Below, one piece after another: positions 15,365 through 24,692 of a DNA stretch of 36,837 bases. The first letter of the stretch is position 1; each line of letters opens with the position of its first letter. The notes under the pieces were generated by a model. That model was not told where the DNA came from and made no database searches. It saw only the letters and a list, made by a program, of their open reading frames with translations. The stretch spans positions 1-36,837 of the IMG/VR virus record IMGVR_UViG_3300029258_001469, one strand, 5' to 3'. The DNA is from a virus (taxonomy: Duplodnaviria; Caudoviricetes). Position numbers and translations under genes: made by a program.

Positions 15365-16717
15365 ATGAAAGTAGAAGGTTTATTAAAATTAAGTGAAGAA
15401 GGGGAATACATATTAAGCTTAAAGCAAGCTAAAAAAATTAGTGAAAAATCAAATATTAATATAATTGAAAAAACTCCTTTCAACTTAAGAGGAAATATAA
15501 ATATAATCAATAAAGCGGAAAATGATAGAATTATAGCTGGTTATGCTAACATAGCAGTTGTAGATTTAGAGGATCAATTTATACCTATAGAAACTTTAAA
15601 GAAAGGTATAGAAACATTACTTAAAGATCCACATTATTCAAATTTAATGTTAGTTCACCAAAATATCCAAATAGGTAAAATAATACCTAGTTATGGAGAC
15701 TTAGAGACACATGTTGATGATAAAGGTCTCTTTATAGTAGCAGAAATAAGAAGAGATATTAAAACAGCAGATGAAATTTGGAAATCTATTTTAGATAAAG
15801 AAATAAATGGTTTCTCAATTGGATGTGAAGTTTTAAGAGATCATGAACATTGTGAAGATAAAAAATGTATAACTGTCCTTGATGAAATTAATATATTTGA
15901 GGTTAGTGTTTGCTCAAAACCTGTTAATGAAAATTCAGGTTTTATTATAGTATCTAAGTCTAATTTGGATGATTATGTATGTAACAAATGTCTAGAAAAT
16001 GTGAAAGAAATGACGAAATCAAAGAAAGAGACTAAGACTGAGGAAGTTAAAGAGGAAGTAGAGGAAAAAGAAACAAAAGAAGAAGAGAAGACTGAAGAGC
16101 AACCAAAAGAGGAAAAACAAGAAGATGAGGAAGAAATGCCTGAAGAAGAACTCCCAGAGGAAGAGGAAGTCGAAGAATGGAATAAATCTATTGAAGATAG
16201 AATATCTAATATAGAAAGATCTGTATCTTCTATAACTGAAATCATACAAAATATGGTTGAGCCAAAAGAAGAAAAATCAGAAGAAATTCCTGAAGAGACT
16301 CCTGAAGAAAAAGCCGAAGAGCCTCCAGTGGAAGAGCCTCCAAAAGAAGAGGAACCTCCAGAAGAGGAAGAAAAAGGTGCACCCTTTGGAAGCATGGATC
16401 CAGCAAACCAATCATCTGCAGCAGCTCCAAGTCCAGATTCTTTGGAACCTCCTGCATTTTATAAATCCCAATTTGATGACCTTAAAGAGTCTATAGACAC
16501 ACTCACAAAAGCAGTAAAATCATTGATAGACAAAGAGGAACAGAAACTTTCAATCAAAGCTAGAGACGACCAAATCGAAGCTCTAAAAGAAAAAGTTAAA
16601 ATATTAGATAAGTCAAAAGAAGAACCTAAAACAGTTCAAGAAGAAAATGAAACTGAAGAATTAGAGCACGATGACAATTTTATAGTCAGAAGAGGCGAAG
16701 TTTATCTTAAACCTTAA
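15365..16717 (+). CDS. prohead protease (HK97/XkdF-like) fused to an acidic scaffold
   Basis: IIAGYA..VVD, LMLVH, GFSIG, IFEVSV..P.N; then a Glu/Pro-rich linker and coiled coil. Confidence 0.9.
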   Translation: MKVEGLLKLSEEGEYILSLKQAKKISEKSNINIIEKTPFNLRGNINIINKAENDRIIAGYANIAVVDLEDQFIPIETLKKGIETLLKDPHYSNLMLVHQNIQIGKIIPSYGDLETHVDDKGLFIVAEIRRDIKTADEIWKSILDKEINGFSIGCEVLRDHEHCEDKKCITVLDEINIFEVSVCSKPVNENSGFIIVSKSNLDDYVCNKCLENVKEMTKSKKETKTEEVKEEVEEKETKEEEKTEEQPKEEKQEDEEEMPEEELPEEEEVEEWNKSIEDRISNIERSVSSITEIIQNMVEPKEEKSEEIPEETPEEKAEEPPVEEPPKEEEPPEEEEKGAPFGSMDPANQSSAAAPSPDSLEPPAFYKSQFDDLKESIDTLTKAVKSLIDKEEQKLSIKARDDQIEALKEKVKILDKSKEEPKTVQEENETEELEHDDNFIVRRGEVYLKP

Positions 16718-16768
16718 TTTAAGATAAGATGTCAGTACATAATGTTATTAAAATAAAGTGATAAAAAT

Positions 16769-17182
16769 ATGGCATTTACCTCAGTAGCAGAAGATGTTAT
16801 AGTCCAGGAAGGAACATTTGCTTTCGATTACGATGCTTCAGGAACAGTTTATGCTGGTCAAGGAGTATATGCAATCGGTACTTTACAAGTTAAAGCTCCT
16901 GCCGCAACAACTAAGATAGCACATGGTTGTGTCGGTGTAGCTGCATATGAAATCGCTGATGGAAACCCAGTAGCAGTTTACGGACCAGGTAACATAGTTA
17001 GGTGTAAAGTCAGTGGTTCTTCAGTAGCAGTCGCAGCTGGAGATGCTATGGCATGTACAGCTGAAGGTTACTTCACAGAAGATCATCAAGCACAAGCAAA
17101 TGCATGTTGTTCTGGAGTACAGGCTATTGCATTAGAGACATCAACTACACAACACGGAACAATTAGAGCTCTATTAGTCTAA
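16769..17182 (+). CDS. capsid decoration/cement protein
   Basis: Small Ala/Gly/Val beta protein (CVGVA, IAGD-like, AIALE) between scaffold and MCP. Confidence 0.75.
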   Translation: MAFTSVAEDVIVQEGTFAFDYDASGTVYAGQGVYAIGTLQVKAPAATTKIAHGCVGVAAYEIADGNPVAVYGPGNIVRCKVSGSSVAVAAGDAMACTAEGYFTEDHQAQANACCSGVQAIALETSTTQHGTIRALLV

Positions 17183-17246
17183 GCAAAAAAACCCAAACAC
17201 GTATATACGTATGTTAATTTTATGTAAAATAAATATTTAGGTAATT

Positions 17247-18260
17247 ATGACAAAAGCATTAACAAAACTTTTGGAGTATGGATTCGCTGGTAACTCAGAA
17301 CGTAAAAGACTCCTAAACAAAGAATCCTTCAAAACAGCTTTAGAGGACTCATCTTGTTATTTTAGAGATGAAGATAATCCAAAGAGAATAGATGGTTATA
17401 AAGCTCTATTGCAATCTGAAAGAAACGCTATAAATGCATCCACTTTAGTTCAAGAGGAAGTATACAAAACAGTAATTGAGGGTTCAGAACCATTCAAATG
17501 CTGGAGAGAAGCCCAACCAATTATAAACACAGATAGTTATTCTGTTAGATTTGTAAAAGGAGAGGATGGAACCTATGCAGAAAAAGTAGCAGAAGGAGCC
17601 AAAATCACCATAGATACACAGGAATATTCAAAGACCGATATCACAATAGATAAATATGGTGTAAGACCTTTAATTACAAATGAATTGATTGAAGATGCTC
17701 TCTTCGATGTAATCGAACTTGAATTAAAGAAAGCTGGAGCAAGAATGGAGAACAAGCTTAACAGAGTTATCCTTAACGCTGTTTTAGCTGGTGTAACCAC
17801 AAACACTCTAAACCCAGCTGGACCACATATTGCAGTTTCTGATATTGCACAGGGTATAGGTAAAGTCAAAAAACAAAATTACCTACCAGACACATTAGTT
17901 CTACATCCAACAGCAGAAGCATATCTTATACAAGATTCAAATCTTGCATATGTATCTTGGGCTGGCGGAAACCAAACCTTAAGAAATTACGGTCTTGGTG
18001 GAAAACTTATGGGTTTAACTCCATTTGATTGTACTGCAACCGATGCAGCATCACCAACATGGGATGATACCACAGCTGGTAGTGACGTAACCGCTTTAGT
18101 ATTCTCTAAGAACGATCTCGGAGCTACATGTATGAGAAGGGATCTTACAGTCGAACAATACGATGATCCAATCCATGACTTAGTAGGTTTAGCACTTACT
18201 ATGAGATATGGATATGGTGTACTTCAAGAAGCATCAGCTTGTAAGATTTATCATAAGTAG
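17247..18260 (+). CDS. major capsid protein (HK97 fold)
   Basis: VAEGA, KYG....ITNELIED, PDTLVLHP, MRYGYGVL C-terminus; size and position. Confidence 0.93.
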   Translation: MTKALTKLLEYGFAGNSERKRLLNKESFKTALEDSSCYFRDEDNPKRIDGYKALLQSERNAINASTLVQEEVYKTVIEGSEPFKCWREAQPIINTDSYSVRFVKGEDGTYAEKVAEGAKITIDTQEYSKTDITIDKYGVRPLITNELIEDALFDVIELELKKAGARMENKLNRVILNAVLAGVTTNTLNPAGPHIAVSDIAQGIGKVKKQNYLPDTLVLHPTAEAYLIQDSNLAYVSWAGGNQTLRNYGLGGKLMGLTPFDCTATDAASPTWDDTTAGSDVTALVFSKNDLGATCMRRDLTVEQYDDPIHDLVGLALTMRYGYGVLQEASACKIYHK

Positions 18261-18415
18261 TCTCACAAAGATTTCTATAATCAATTAGTGAATCGTGTAT
18301 GTTATCTATGTTCGTTGGTTTTGTTAGGATTATCCTTAAATCCTAGTATTAGGAATGAACTGCATAGATGATGAATTTATGTTTAATAAATGTTATAAAA
18401 TGAGGAAATGATGAT

Positions 18416-18679
18416 ATGCCTACACAAGGCGGTAGCATTCCTGTATTATCAATCGAAAAACTTTGGATAGACCATACTGGTAGAGGTATAAATCTCCATT
18501 GGGACGGTACCAATTTCTTTTCTGGTGCAGCAACCTGTGGTATATATGCTTCAGGAGCAGGCGGTGAACAAGTATTACCAGCTGCAAGTACAAACGGTTG
18601 GGTTAGAATCACCATGATGAGTGGTGGTACTGGAACTTCATTCACTGGCTATTTACCTGTCTTTAAATATAAGTGGTAA
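18416..18679 (+). CDS. putative virion protein
   Basis: Gly/Ser/Thr-rich; directly after MCP. Confidence 0.6.
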   Translation: MPTQGGSIPVLSIEKLWIDHTGRGINLHWDGTNFFSGAATCGIYASGAGGEQVLPAASTNGWVRITMMSGGTGTSFTGYLPVFKYKW

Positions 18680-18969
18680 ATATGTTGCATGGAAAAGGAG
18701 CAGGTAATTATTCACAAGGGAGTCAATCTTGGCTTACAAAGAAATATCAAGCTAAGAGAAGAAAGGGTTTACTAGATAGAACTAAATTAACTAACGATGA
18801 GATTCTTGAATATGAAATATCAGGTTCTCAAGGTAGAGGAGCAACAAATAGTGACACTTTTCAAATAAAACAGTTCCCTTTTCCAACAGATCAGAGTATA
18901 AGAAGAAGAAAAACTATAGATATGAGGAAAGTTGATAAGAAAATAGGCGACCAAGAAGATATCATCTAA
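18673..18969 (+). CDS. basic hypothetical protein
   Basis: ORF track. Confidence 0.65.
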   Translation: MVNMLHGKGAGNYSQGSQSWLTKKYQAKRRKGLLDRTKLTNDEILEYEISGSQGRGATNSDTFQIKQFPFPTDQSIRRRKTIDMRKVDKKIGDQEDII

Positions 18970-18977
18970 AGTAAGCT

Positions 18978-19400
18978 ATGGCGGATTATACTACAAAATA
19001 CGTTAATGAAGAAGATGTTAGAGGATTCTTTACACCTCCATTAGATTATGATGACATCACAACAAATGAAATCCTAAGAAAAATAGAGGCTGTAGAAGAT
19101 TATGTTGAAGCAGTTTATTTCAATGATGGTTCAACAACATCTGGAAAAGCAAGGATACCTTGTCTTCTATTAATAGCATCAAAAATAATATTAGCACCAG
19201 AATTAGCTAAAAAATATTATACTCTAAGTAGAGAAGCTTTAGGTGATTATGAGTATGAATTAGCTCAGCCTATATCAAGAGGTACCGATATACAATCATC
19301 TCCACATGTTATTTCAGTAACTTGGGAAAAAATGGCATTACAAATGCTAAATAAGAGGTCAACTAATAACAGGTGGAAGGTATATAGGAGTAATGATTAA
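18978..19400 (+). CDS. head-tail adaptor (SPP1 gp15-like)
   Basis: YV.EEDVR N-terminus, SREALGDYEYE; gene order. Confidence 0.75.
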   Translation: MADYTTKYVNEEDVRGFFTPPLDYDDITTNEILRKIEAVEDYVEAVYFNDGSTTSGKARIPCLLLIASKIILAPELAKKYYTLSREALGDYEYELAQPISRGTDIQSSPHVISVTWEKMALQMLNKRSTNNRWKVYRSND

Positions 19401-19642
19401 TGGTTTATACCAGACCTTCAAATCTATATCCACCTAATTGGAACAAATTAAGATTCGCTCTATTTGAAAAATATAATTATACATGCCAATTATGTGGTAG
19501 ATATTCAAAAGGACATCTTCACTTACACCATAAAAAACCAGTTAAACTTGGAGGCTCTCATAGTGAGTCAAATTTAGTAGTATTATGTTCAGATTGTCAT
19601 TATCAAATTCATCATGATAGAAAATATAAGAGATATATATGA
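19400..19642 (+). CDS. HNH endonuclease
   Basis: CQLCG...LHLHHKKP...GG....NLVVLCSDCHYQIH. Confidence 0.93.
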   Translation: MVYTRPSNLYPPNWNKLRFALFEKYNYTCQLCGRYSKGHLHLHHKKPVKLGGSHSESNLVVLCSDCHYQIHHDRKYKRYI

Positions 19643-19959
19643 GTTACGAAACTTTATTGAATAACGTATTATATAAAACTACTAAAGCGTCATCCCAAAA
19701 TCAATTAGGAGAATGGACTTACACTTATACTGACAGTACAACCAAAACTAAATGTAGAATGGTTCCTATAACTATAAGTGAAAGGATAGAAAGACCAGGT
19801 ATATTTGATGATGTTAAATATACTTGCTATTGTGTATCTTCAGCAGGTTTAACTACAAATTCCACGATAACATATCAAGGTGTTAATTACAGAGTAAAAG
19901 CATGTGAATTCGATTCTTCGTTTCATCATCAAAAAGCTTTATTGAGTTTGATATCATGA
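19639..19959 (+). CDS. head-closure protein (SPP1 gp16-like)
   Basis: NQLGE hairpin, ITYQGVNYRV, HH near the C-terminus; gene order. Confidence 0.75.
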   Translation: MSYETLLNNVLYKTTKASSQNQLGEWTYTYTDSTTKTKCRMVPITISERIERPGIFDDVKYTCYCVSSAGLTTNSTITYQGVNYRVKACEFDSSFHHQKALLSLIS

Positions 19960-20480
19960 ATTTAAAAGTAACTCAAATTAGAGGAAAAAAGGATATAATT
20001 AGGAAATTAGAGAAAATAGATAAATTCGTTCCAAATTCTATGCAACATGCATTACAATATGGAGCTGATTTACTAAGAGATAGAGCTATACAAAATTTAG
20101 TTAATCTCTCTAAGGAGCCTGGTATGTCTTTGGATGGGGAATCCATAGCCAATAAAGAAAATTGGGGATGGCAACCTGAATCTCAATTAACTGGAAGACT
20201 ATCATGTAATTCAAAACATGCCGCAGTAGTTGAACTTGGTGGTGAACAAACAGGTACAACTCTAGTTGTAAAGAGAGGTAGTGGAGGTTTTCCAATCGGA
20301 AAGCAACAATATGGTCAAGCAAGTTTTGATGATCAAGGTAAACCTATGATAAGAAGAGCATTTCTAATACAAAGACCAAAATATTATTTTAGAAGTGCTA
20401 TTGAATCTCAATGGGTAAAGGAAAGTATAAAAAATAGAATCAAAAGAGATGTCTGGAAGAGTATGAGGAGCGTATTATGA
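19956..20480 (+). CDS. HK97 gp10-like tail completion protein
   Basis: G...I.RKL N-terminus, HAAVVELGG, PKYYFRSA. Confidence 0.75.
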   Translation: MNLKVTQIRGKKDIIRKLEKIDKFVPNSMQHALQYGADLLRDRAIQNLVNLSKEPGMSLDGESIANKENWGWQPESQLTGRLSCNSKHAAVVELGGEQTGTTLVVKRGSGGFPIGKQQYGQASFDDQGKPMIRRAFLIQRPKYYFRSAIESQWVKESIKNRIKRDVWKSMRSVL

Positions 20481-20872
20481 GTTTAAGTGCAATAACTGAT
20501 ATAAGAAAATTCTTATTAAGTTCAACTACAATAACTAATATTGTCAGTAAAAACGATATAAATATAGGTTGGATAAAAAAAGAGGATAATTTTCCTTGTA
20601 TAACAATTAATCAAGCAACTGGTACGGATGTTGGTTATCTAGGATATAATACTGCAGCAGCAGGCTCTCAAATGAGAAGAGAGACTTCTACTGTTCAGAT
20701 TGATATTTATGGTAACACACGTCTACAAACTCTACAGATTGCTGATGCAGTTGTTCCAAGAATGATTTCAGGTGGATGTAGGAAGGATGCTGATATAGAT
20801 GATTATCTCGATGAGTATGGTAAATATAGAAAAATTCAAACTTATACTATGACAAAAGTTTTCGATGACTGA
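20477..20872 (+). CDS. tail terminator (DUF3168-like)
   Basis: FPCITI, VQIDIY, IADAV; gene order. Confidence 0.8.
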   Translation: MSLSAITDIRKFLLSSTTITNIVSKNDINIGWIKKEDNFPCITINQATGTDVGYLGYNTAAAGSQMRRETSTVQIDIYGNTRLQTLQIADAVVPRMISGGCRKDADIDDYLDEYGKYRKIQTYTMTKVFDD

Positions 20873-20935
20873 TGTTTAAATGTATTGTTAATATTTGTAA
20901 GTAAATTAATGTTTTAATGATAGGTAAGATTAATT

Positions 20936-21415
20936 ATGGCTGGAACAGTCACAGGTAAAAACGCTAAAGTACATCTAGCAGCACATGCAGGTGGAGCAGC
21001 ACCAACTTGGACAAATAAAACCCATTCAACATGGGGTATTGCTGATTTCTCTCTAACAATTGATAGAGGTACTATCGAACAAGATTTGATTGGAGAAAAA
21101 GGCAATTATTTTGAACAAGGATCTTTATCTTTAGATGGTTCTCTTACTGCATCAAAATTTGCAACAAGTGGTTTATCTGATATCTTAGATAACTTACTTG
21201 ACAACGATGCAGGAACTTATGCATATTTAGCCATTTCAGGAACAATATCTACAGATACAGATGCAGTATATCTCAGTTGGTATCTTACATCATGCCAAGT
21301 AACTGGTTATGATATATCCATCGGGGATGCTGATACAATAACAGAAGCAAGTATAGATTTCGTAGTTCTAAATCCACAGGATATTAACTACCTAAGCAAT
21401 TGTTTGTGGGGTTAA
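20936..21415 (+). CDS. tail tube protein, paralog 1
   Basis: TGKNAKV, DFSLTI, GSLSLDGSLT, CQVTGY..SI; after the terminator gene. Confidence 0.8.
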   Translation: MAGTVTGKNAKVHLAAHAGGAAPTWTNKTHSTWGIADFSLTIDRGTIEQDLIGEKGNYFEQGSLSLDGSLTASKFATSGLSDILDNLLDNDAGTYAYLAISGTISTDTDAVYLSWYLTSCQVTGYDISIGDADTITEASIDFVVLNPQDINYLSNCLWG

Positions 21416-21418
21416 ATT

Positions 21419-21904
21419 ATGGCAGGAACACCTACAGTATATACAGGAGAAGATGCAACTATCTATTTAGGTAGTGGAGGAGTAACAAATAAGCTCAGTC
21501 ACTCAACATTAGCTATATCTGATTTTTCGTTAACACTGAGTAAAGGTACCGCTGAACAGGAATTAGTTGGTGAGAAGGGTAACTTTTCATTAGCAGGTTC
21601 ATTATCAGCTGAAGGCTCTCTAACCGCTTGTAAGATGCATTCTACAGCTGTCGGTAAGTTAGTTAATAATATGATAGTTGGTTGTCCTATAAGTGTATCA
21701 GGCAATTGTGGAGCAAATTCTTTGCACTTCTTTTTACAAAGTTGTCAAGTTACTGGATTTGATTTCAGTATAGGAACTGCTGACGATATCACAGAAGGAA
21801 CAATAGATTTTACAATGCTATATCCATATCTGTTATCTTCAAATAGATCCACAGCATCAGGTGCAAATTATCCAATAATATCAGAATGTTGGAACTGGAG
21901 CTAA
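21419..21904 (+). CDS. tail tube protein, paralog 2
   Basis: Colinear with paralog 1 (DFSLT, GEKGN, GSLS..GSLTA, SCQVTG, ITE..IDF). Confidence 0.8.
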   Translation: MAGTPTVYTGEDATIYLGSGGVTNKLSHSTLAISDFSLTLSKGTAEQELVGEKGNFSLAGSLSAEGSLTACKMHSTAVGKLVNNMIVGCPISVSGNCGANSLHFFLQSCQVTGFDFSIGTADDITEGTIDFTMLYPYLLSSNRSTASGANYPIISECWNWS

Positions 21905-21971
21905 TTGTACTAATTTATGTCTTAATGTTTATATATTATATCAAAAAGTAAAATAGAGGTAATTCATTAAT

Positions 21972-22457
21972 ATGGCAGAAGATACTAAAAATGAAAATAC
22001 ACCACCAAAAGATTTTGATGATCTCAAAAGAAAAATAAAAAAGAAAGAAGGAACTGATAGAGAAGCTGTTATAAAGCAAATAGCAACTAGAGATAAACTT
22101 GAAAGAGATTATCAAGAGGATATATTGAGCGTCACATTTGAATCATCCCCAGAGACTAAAAGGATGATAAAGGCAAAAAAACCTACACAACAAGAAATGA
22201 TGATGATAATGAGACTATCAGCTGAAGCCGCAATATATGAAGGGAAAATGGATAACGAATCTCTTCAGAAAATGGTGGAAATTTACGAAAAGTTACCTGA
22301 ATTAGCAGCTACACTTAGTTTAGATGCATCTCTTAATATAGAATTTTGGAAAGAGAAAATTTCTTTCTCTACATTACAAAGTTTTATAACAGAGTTAATT
22401 AGAGAGACACAGAGGGGTAGTGGTGTTACTTCAGACGAATTAAAGAAATTTCGTTAA
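21972..22457 (+). CDS. tail assembly chaperone (gpG-like)
   Basis: Follows the tail tube genes; ends at the slippery site AAA TTT CGT TAA. Confidence 0.8.
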   Translation: MAEDTKNENTPPKDFDDLKRKIKKKEGTDREAVIKQIATRDKLERDYQEDILSVTFESSPETKRMIKAKKPTQQEMMMIMRLSAEAAIYEGKMDNESLQKMVEIYEKLPELAATLSLDASLNIEFWKEKISFSTLQSFITELIRETQRGSGVTSDELKKFR

Positions 22458-22656
22458 GAGCGGATTAGGCCAGTTAGAAGCTAGAGTCTGTAAATTCTTA
22501 CACAAAACACCTTCGGAGGTTGGAAATATACGTAGAAAAAATCCAATTGATATAGCTTTTATTGAGAATTATATAGTAAATGAAGCTGAAGAAAAAGCAA
22601 AGGCTTATAAAGAAGCTGGAAAAAAATCTCATAAAGGTAAATCCCGAAGAATATAG
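22450..22656 (+). CDS. +1 frameshift extension of the tail chaperone (gpT-like)
   Basis: 68-codon ATG-less ORF FVKSGLGQLEARVCKFLHKTPSEVG...SRRI in the +1 frame. Confidence 0.75.
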   Translation, partial: FVKSGLGQLEARVCKFLHKTPSEVGNIRRKNPIDIAFIENYIVNEAEEKAKAYKEAGKKSHKGKSRRI

Positions 22657-22724
22657 ACATTAATGTATGTTAGTATGTTTAAATGTTATAAATATAGTGT
22701 GATAATATCGTAGCAACTGTTCAA

Positions 22725-23387
22725 GTGGAACAGATTACTGGAGCAACTCCTGGGACTTTCACTTATAAAGATAACTCAGGTACAGCTAAATCAGGTACAA
22801 GATATCAAACTTCTGATCAAGTTGATGGTAGTTTAACTACTTATCCTATTCCTATACCTACTGTAGATTTAGGATTTAGTGGATCTTATTGGACTACTCA
22901 TTGTATAAACGTTACTGCAGCACCTTCAACCTATATAAAGAATTTGAAGTATTATCAAACATGGACAAATTCTTCAAGAGTAGATTGGACTTTAGGTAGT
23001 AGTCAAGCTACACCAGCAGGTTTATATATTGCAGTGTCAGCATCAACAGTAGCAAGTTGTCAGACTTTAACACAAGGTTTTCCTTCTAGTATGTATAAAC
23101 AAGCAACCGGTACTGAATCAGTAGCTGGGACATTGATATCTGCAGCAACAACAGGTTATACTTTCTTTTCAGGAACATCAGTTGGGCAACCAAGATTATC
23201 TGGTGGAATGTGTCTGATAGATAACTTTAACTCTCAAACTAATGCTCTGATGGTTCAATCAGGACAAGTAGTTGGGGCTACTACAGGTAGAAGTTATTGT
23301 ATAGCTACACAAGTTATTGTTGGTAGTGGAGCAACACAAGGAGAAAAGTCTGATAAAACAGCAACATTTGTTTATAGTGAGGTTTGA
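22725..23387 (+). CDS. putative virion structural protein
   Basis: Thr/Ser/Gly-rich beta protein ending ATFVYSEV; true start may be upstream at 22707. Confidence 0.75.
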   Translation: MEQITGATPGTFTYKDNSGTAKSGTRYQTSDQVDGSLTTYPIPIPTVDLGFSGSYWTTHCINVTAAPSTYIKNLKYYQTWTNSSRVDWTLGSSQATPAGLYIAVSASTVASCQTLTQGFPSSMYKQATGTESVAGTLISAATTGYTFFSGTSVGQPRLSGGMCLIDNFNSQTNALMVQSGQVVGATTGRSYCIATQVIVGSGATQGEKSDKTATFVYSEV

Positions 23388-23436
23388 TTGTATATATTTA
23401 TGTTAAATGTTATCATACAATCGAGGTGAGATTTGT

Positions 23437-23865
23437 ATGAAGAATAATTACAGTGCATCAGAAAAAGCCTATGCGGCTGCAATGTTAGATGCTGAAGGAC
23501 ATATCTACGCTAATAGAAAAGTAAGGAACGATACTGGATATCCACAAACATATTATGGTGTTTGCATTTCTAATTTATCTAGAGACATGTTAGAATGGAT
23601 TCAACATAGATTTGGTGGTATAATATATGTTAGAAAGAATAATAATATATTAACACTTCAATTTGTAAAACAACAGGAAATGTATTGGTTCCTTAAGATT
23701 GTAAGACCTTATCTTATAATAAAATCAGATTTGGCTGATTTAATGATACAATATTTAGAAAGTAGATTTGAATCTTCAAATAAATTTAACAAATTAAATA
23801 ACAATGAGATAAAACTTATAGCAAAAATAAAACACTTTAATGAAATTGGAGAGTGTTATAAATAA
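23437..23865 (+). CDS. single-motif LAGLIDADG homing endonuclease
   Basis: AYAAAMLDAEGHI...ISN...L.WI...FGG.I...PYLIIK; start moved to 23437 behind GAGGTGA. Confidence 0.9.
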   Translation: MKNNYSASEKAYAAAMLDAEGHIYANRKVRNDTGYPQTYYGVCISNLSRDMLEWIQHRFGGIIYVRKNNNILTLQFVKQQEMYWFLKIVRPYLIIKSDLADLMIQYLESRFESSNKFNKLNNNEIKLIAKIKHFNEIGECYK

Positions 23866-23933
23866 TGTTTTTAATGTGTAAATACTATTGAATCCTCCAA
23901 TAAAATGGAAGGAGACAGGAATACAATCCGCTT

Positions 23934-24560
23934 ATGACTCAAAATAGACCGTTAGTATATTATTGGATAGCTCAATATGATGATGGCACTTGTTTGCCTC
24001 AATATAATCCTATAACATATTTAGAGAATAGATTCTCTGATATAGAGCAGGATAAATTAATAAAATTTGGGTTATATCCATTTGATAAAGAATTGGCTGA
24101 AGGTATTACCAAAAAGGGAATAGATCCTGTGGTATCAATACCTTTCTTACCAAAATATGAGATTAATTTAGATAATGACAGAAGACTAATCCACTATAGG
24201 GATGTCTTCATTAGTCACGAGGAATATCATTTATGTAGAAAGTGTGGGAAAGAATTTGAATTTAGTTCAACTTCCCCTAAAACAAATTCAAAATATTCTT
24301 CTCCTATATGCCCTAATTGCAATTCACATGACTTATTCATCTGTAAAAGCTGTGGTAAAGAATACCAGAGATTTGAAGATGCTAAGTTTGGTATGTGTGA
24401 TTGTAAAGGACATTTAAAGAGAGAAAGATTTACATCTGGGCAATATTCTAGAGAAAAACGTTGGATAGAATATTTTCTAGGTTATCAAACAAAAGTAAAG
24501 GGTAATAACTATAAAACCCTCTTAAAGATTGATGAAAGAGGAGATTCAATAATTACCTAG
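23934..24560 (+). CDS. hypothetical protein with inserted Zn-ribbons
   Basis: WIAQYDDG N-terminus; CRKC, CPNC, CKSC, CDC insert. Confidence 0.8.
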   Translation: MTQNRPLVYYWIAQYDDGTCLPQYNPITYLENRFSDIEQDKLIKFGLYPFDKELAEGITKKGIDPVVSIPFLPKYEINLDNDRRLIHYRDVFISHEEYHLCRKCGKEFEFSSTSPKTNSKYSSPICPNCNSHDLFICKSCGKEYQRFEDAKFGMCDCKGHLKRERFTSGQYSREKRWIEYFLGYQTKVKGNNYKTLLKIDERGDSIIT

Positions 24561-24692
24561 GTGAGATATATTGAATATGTATCCCAAAGCAAGTGAACTT
24601 TTTTAAAACCAGAGACGCTTGGGTTTAGTTTCATATATTTCTATGTTTTCTTGTTTAATTTATAAAAGGATTAAAATTAAAAAGGTGTAAAA

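Noticed and set aside
16020-16380. GAA-rich DNA repeat element
   Set aside because: Explained by the Glu/Pro-rich scaffold linker
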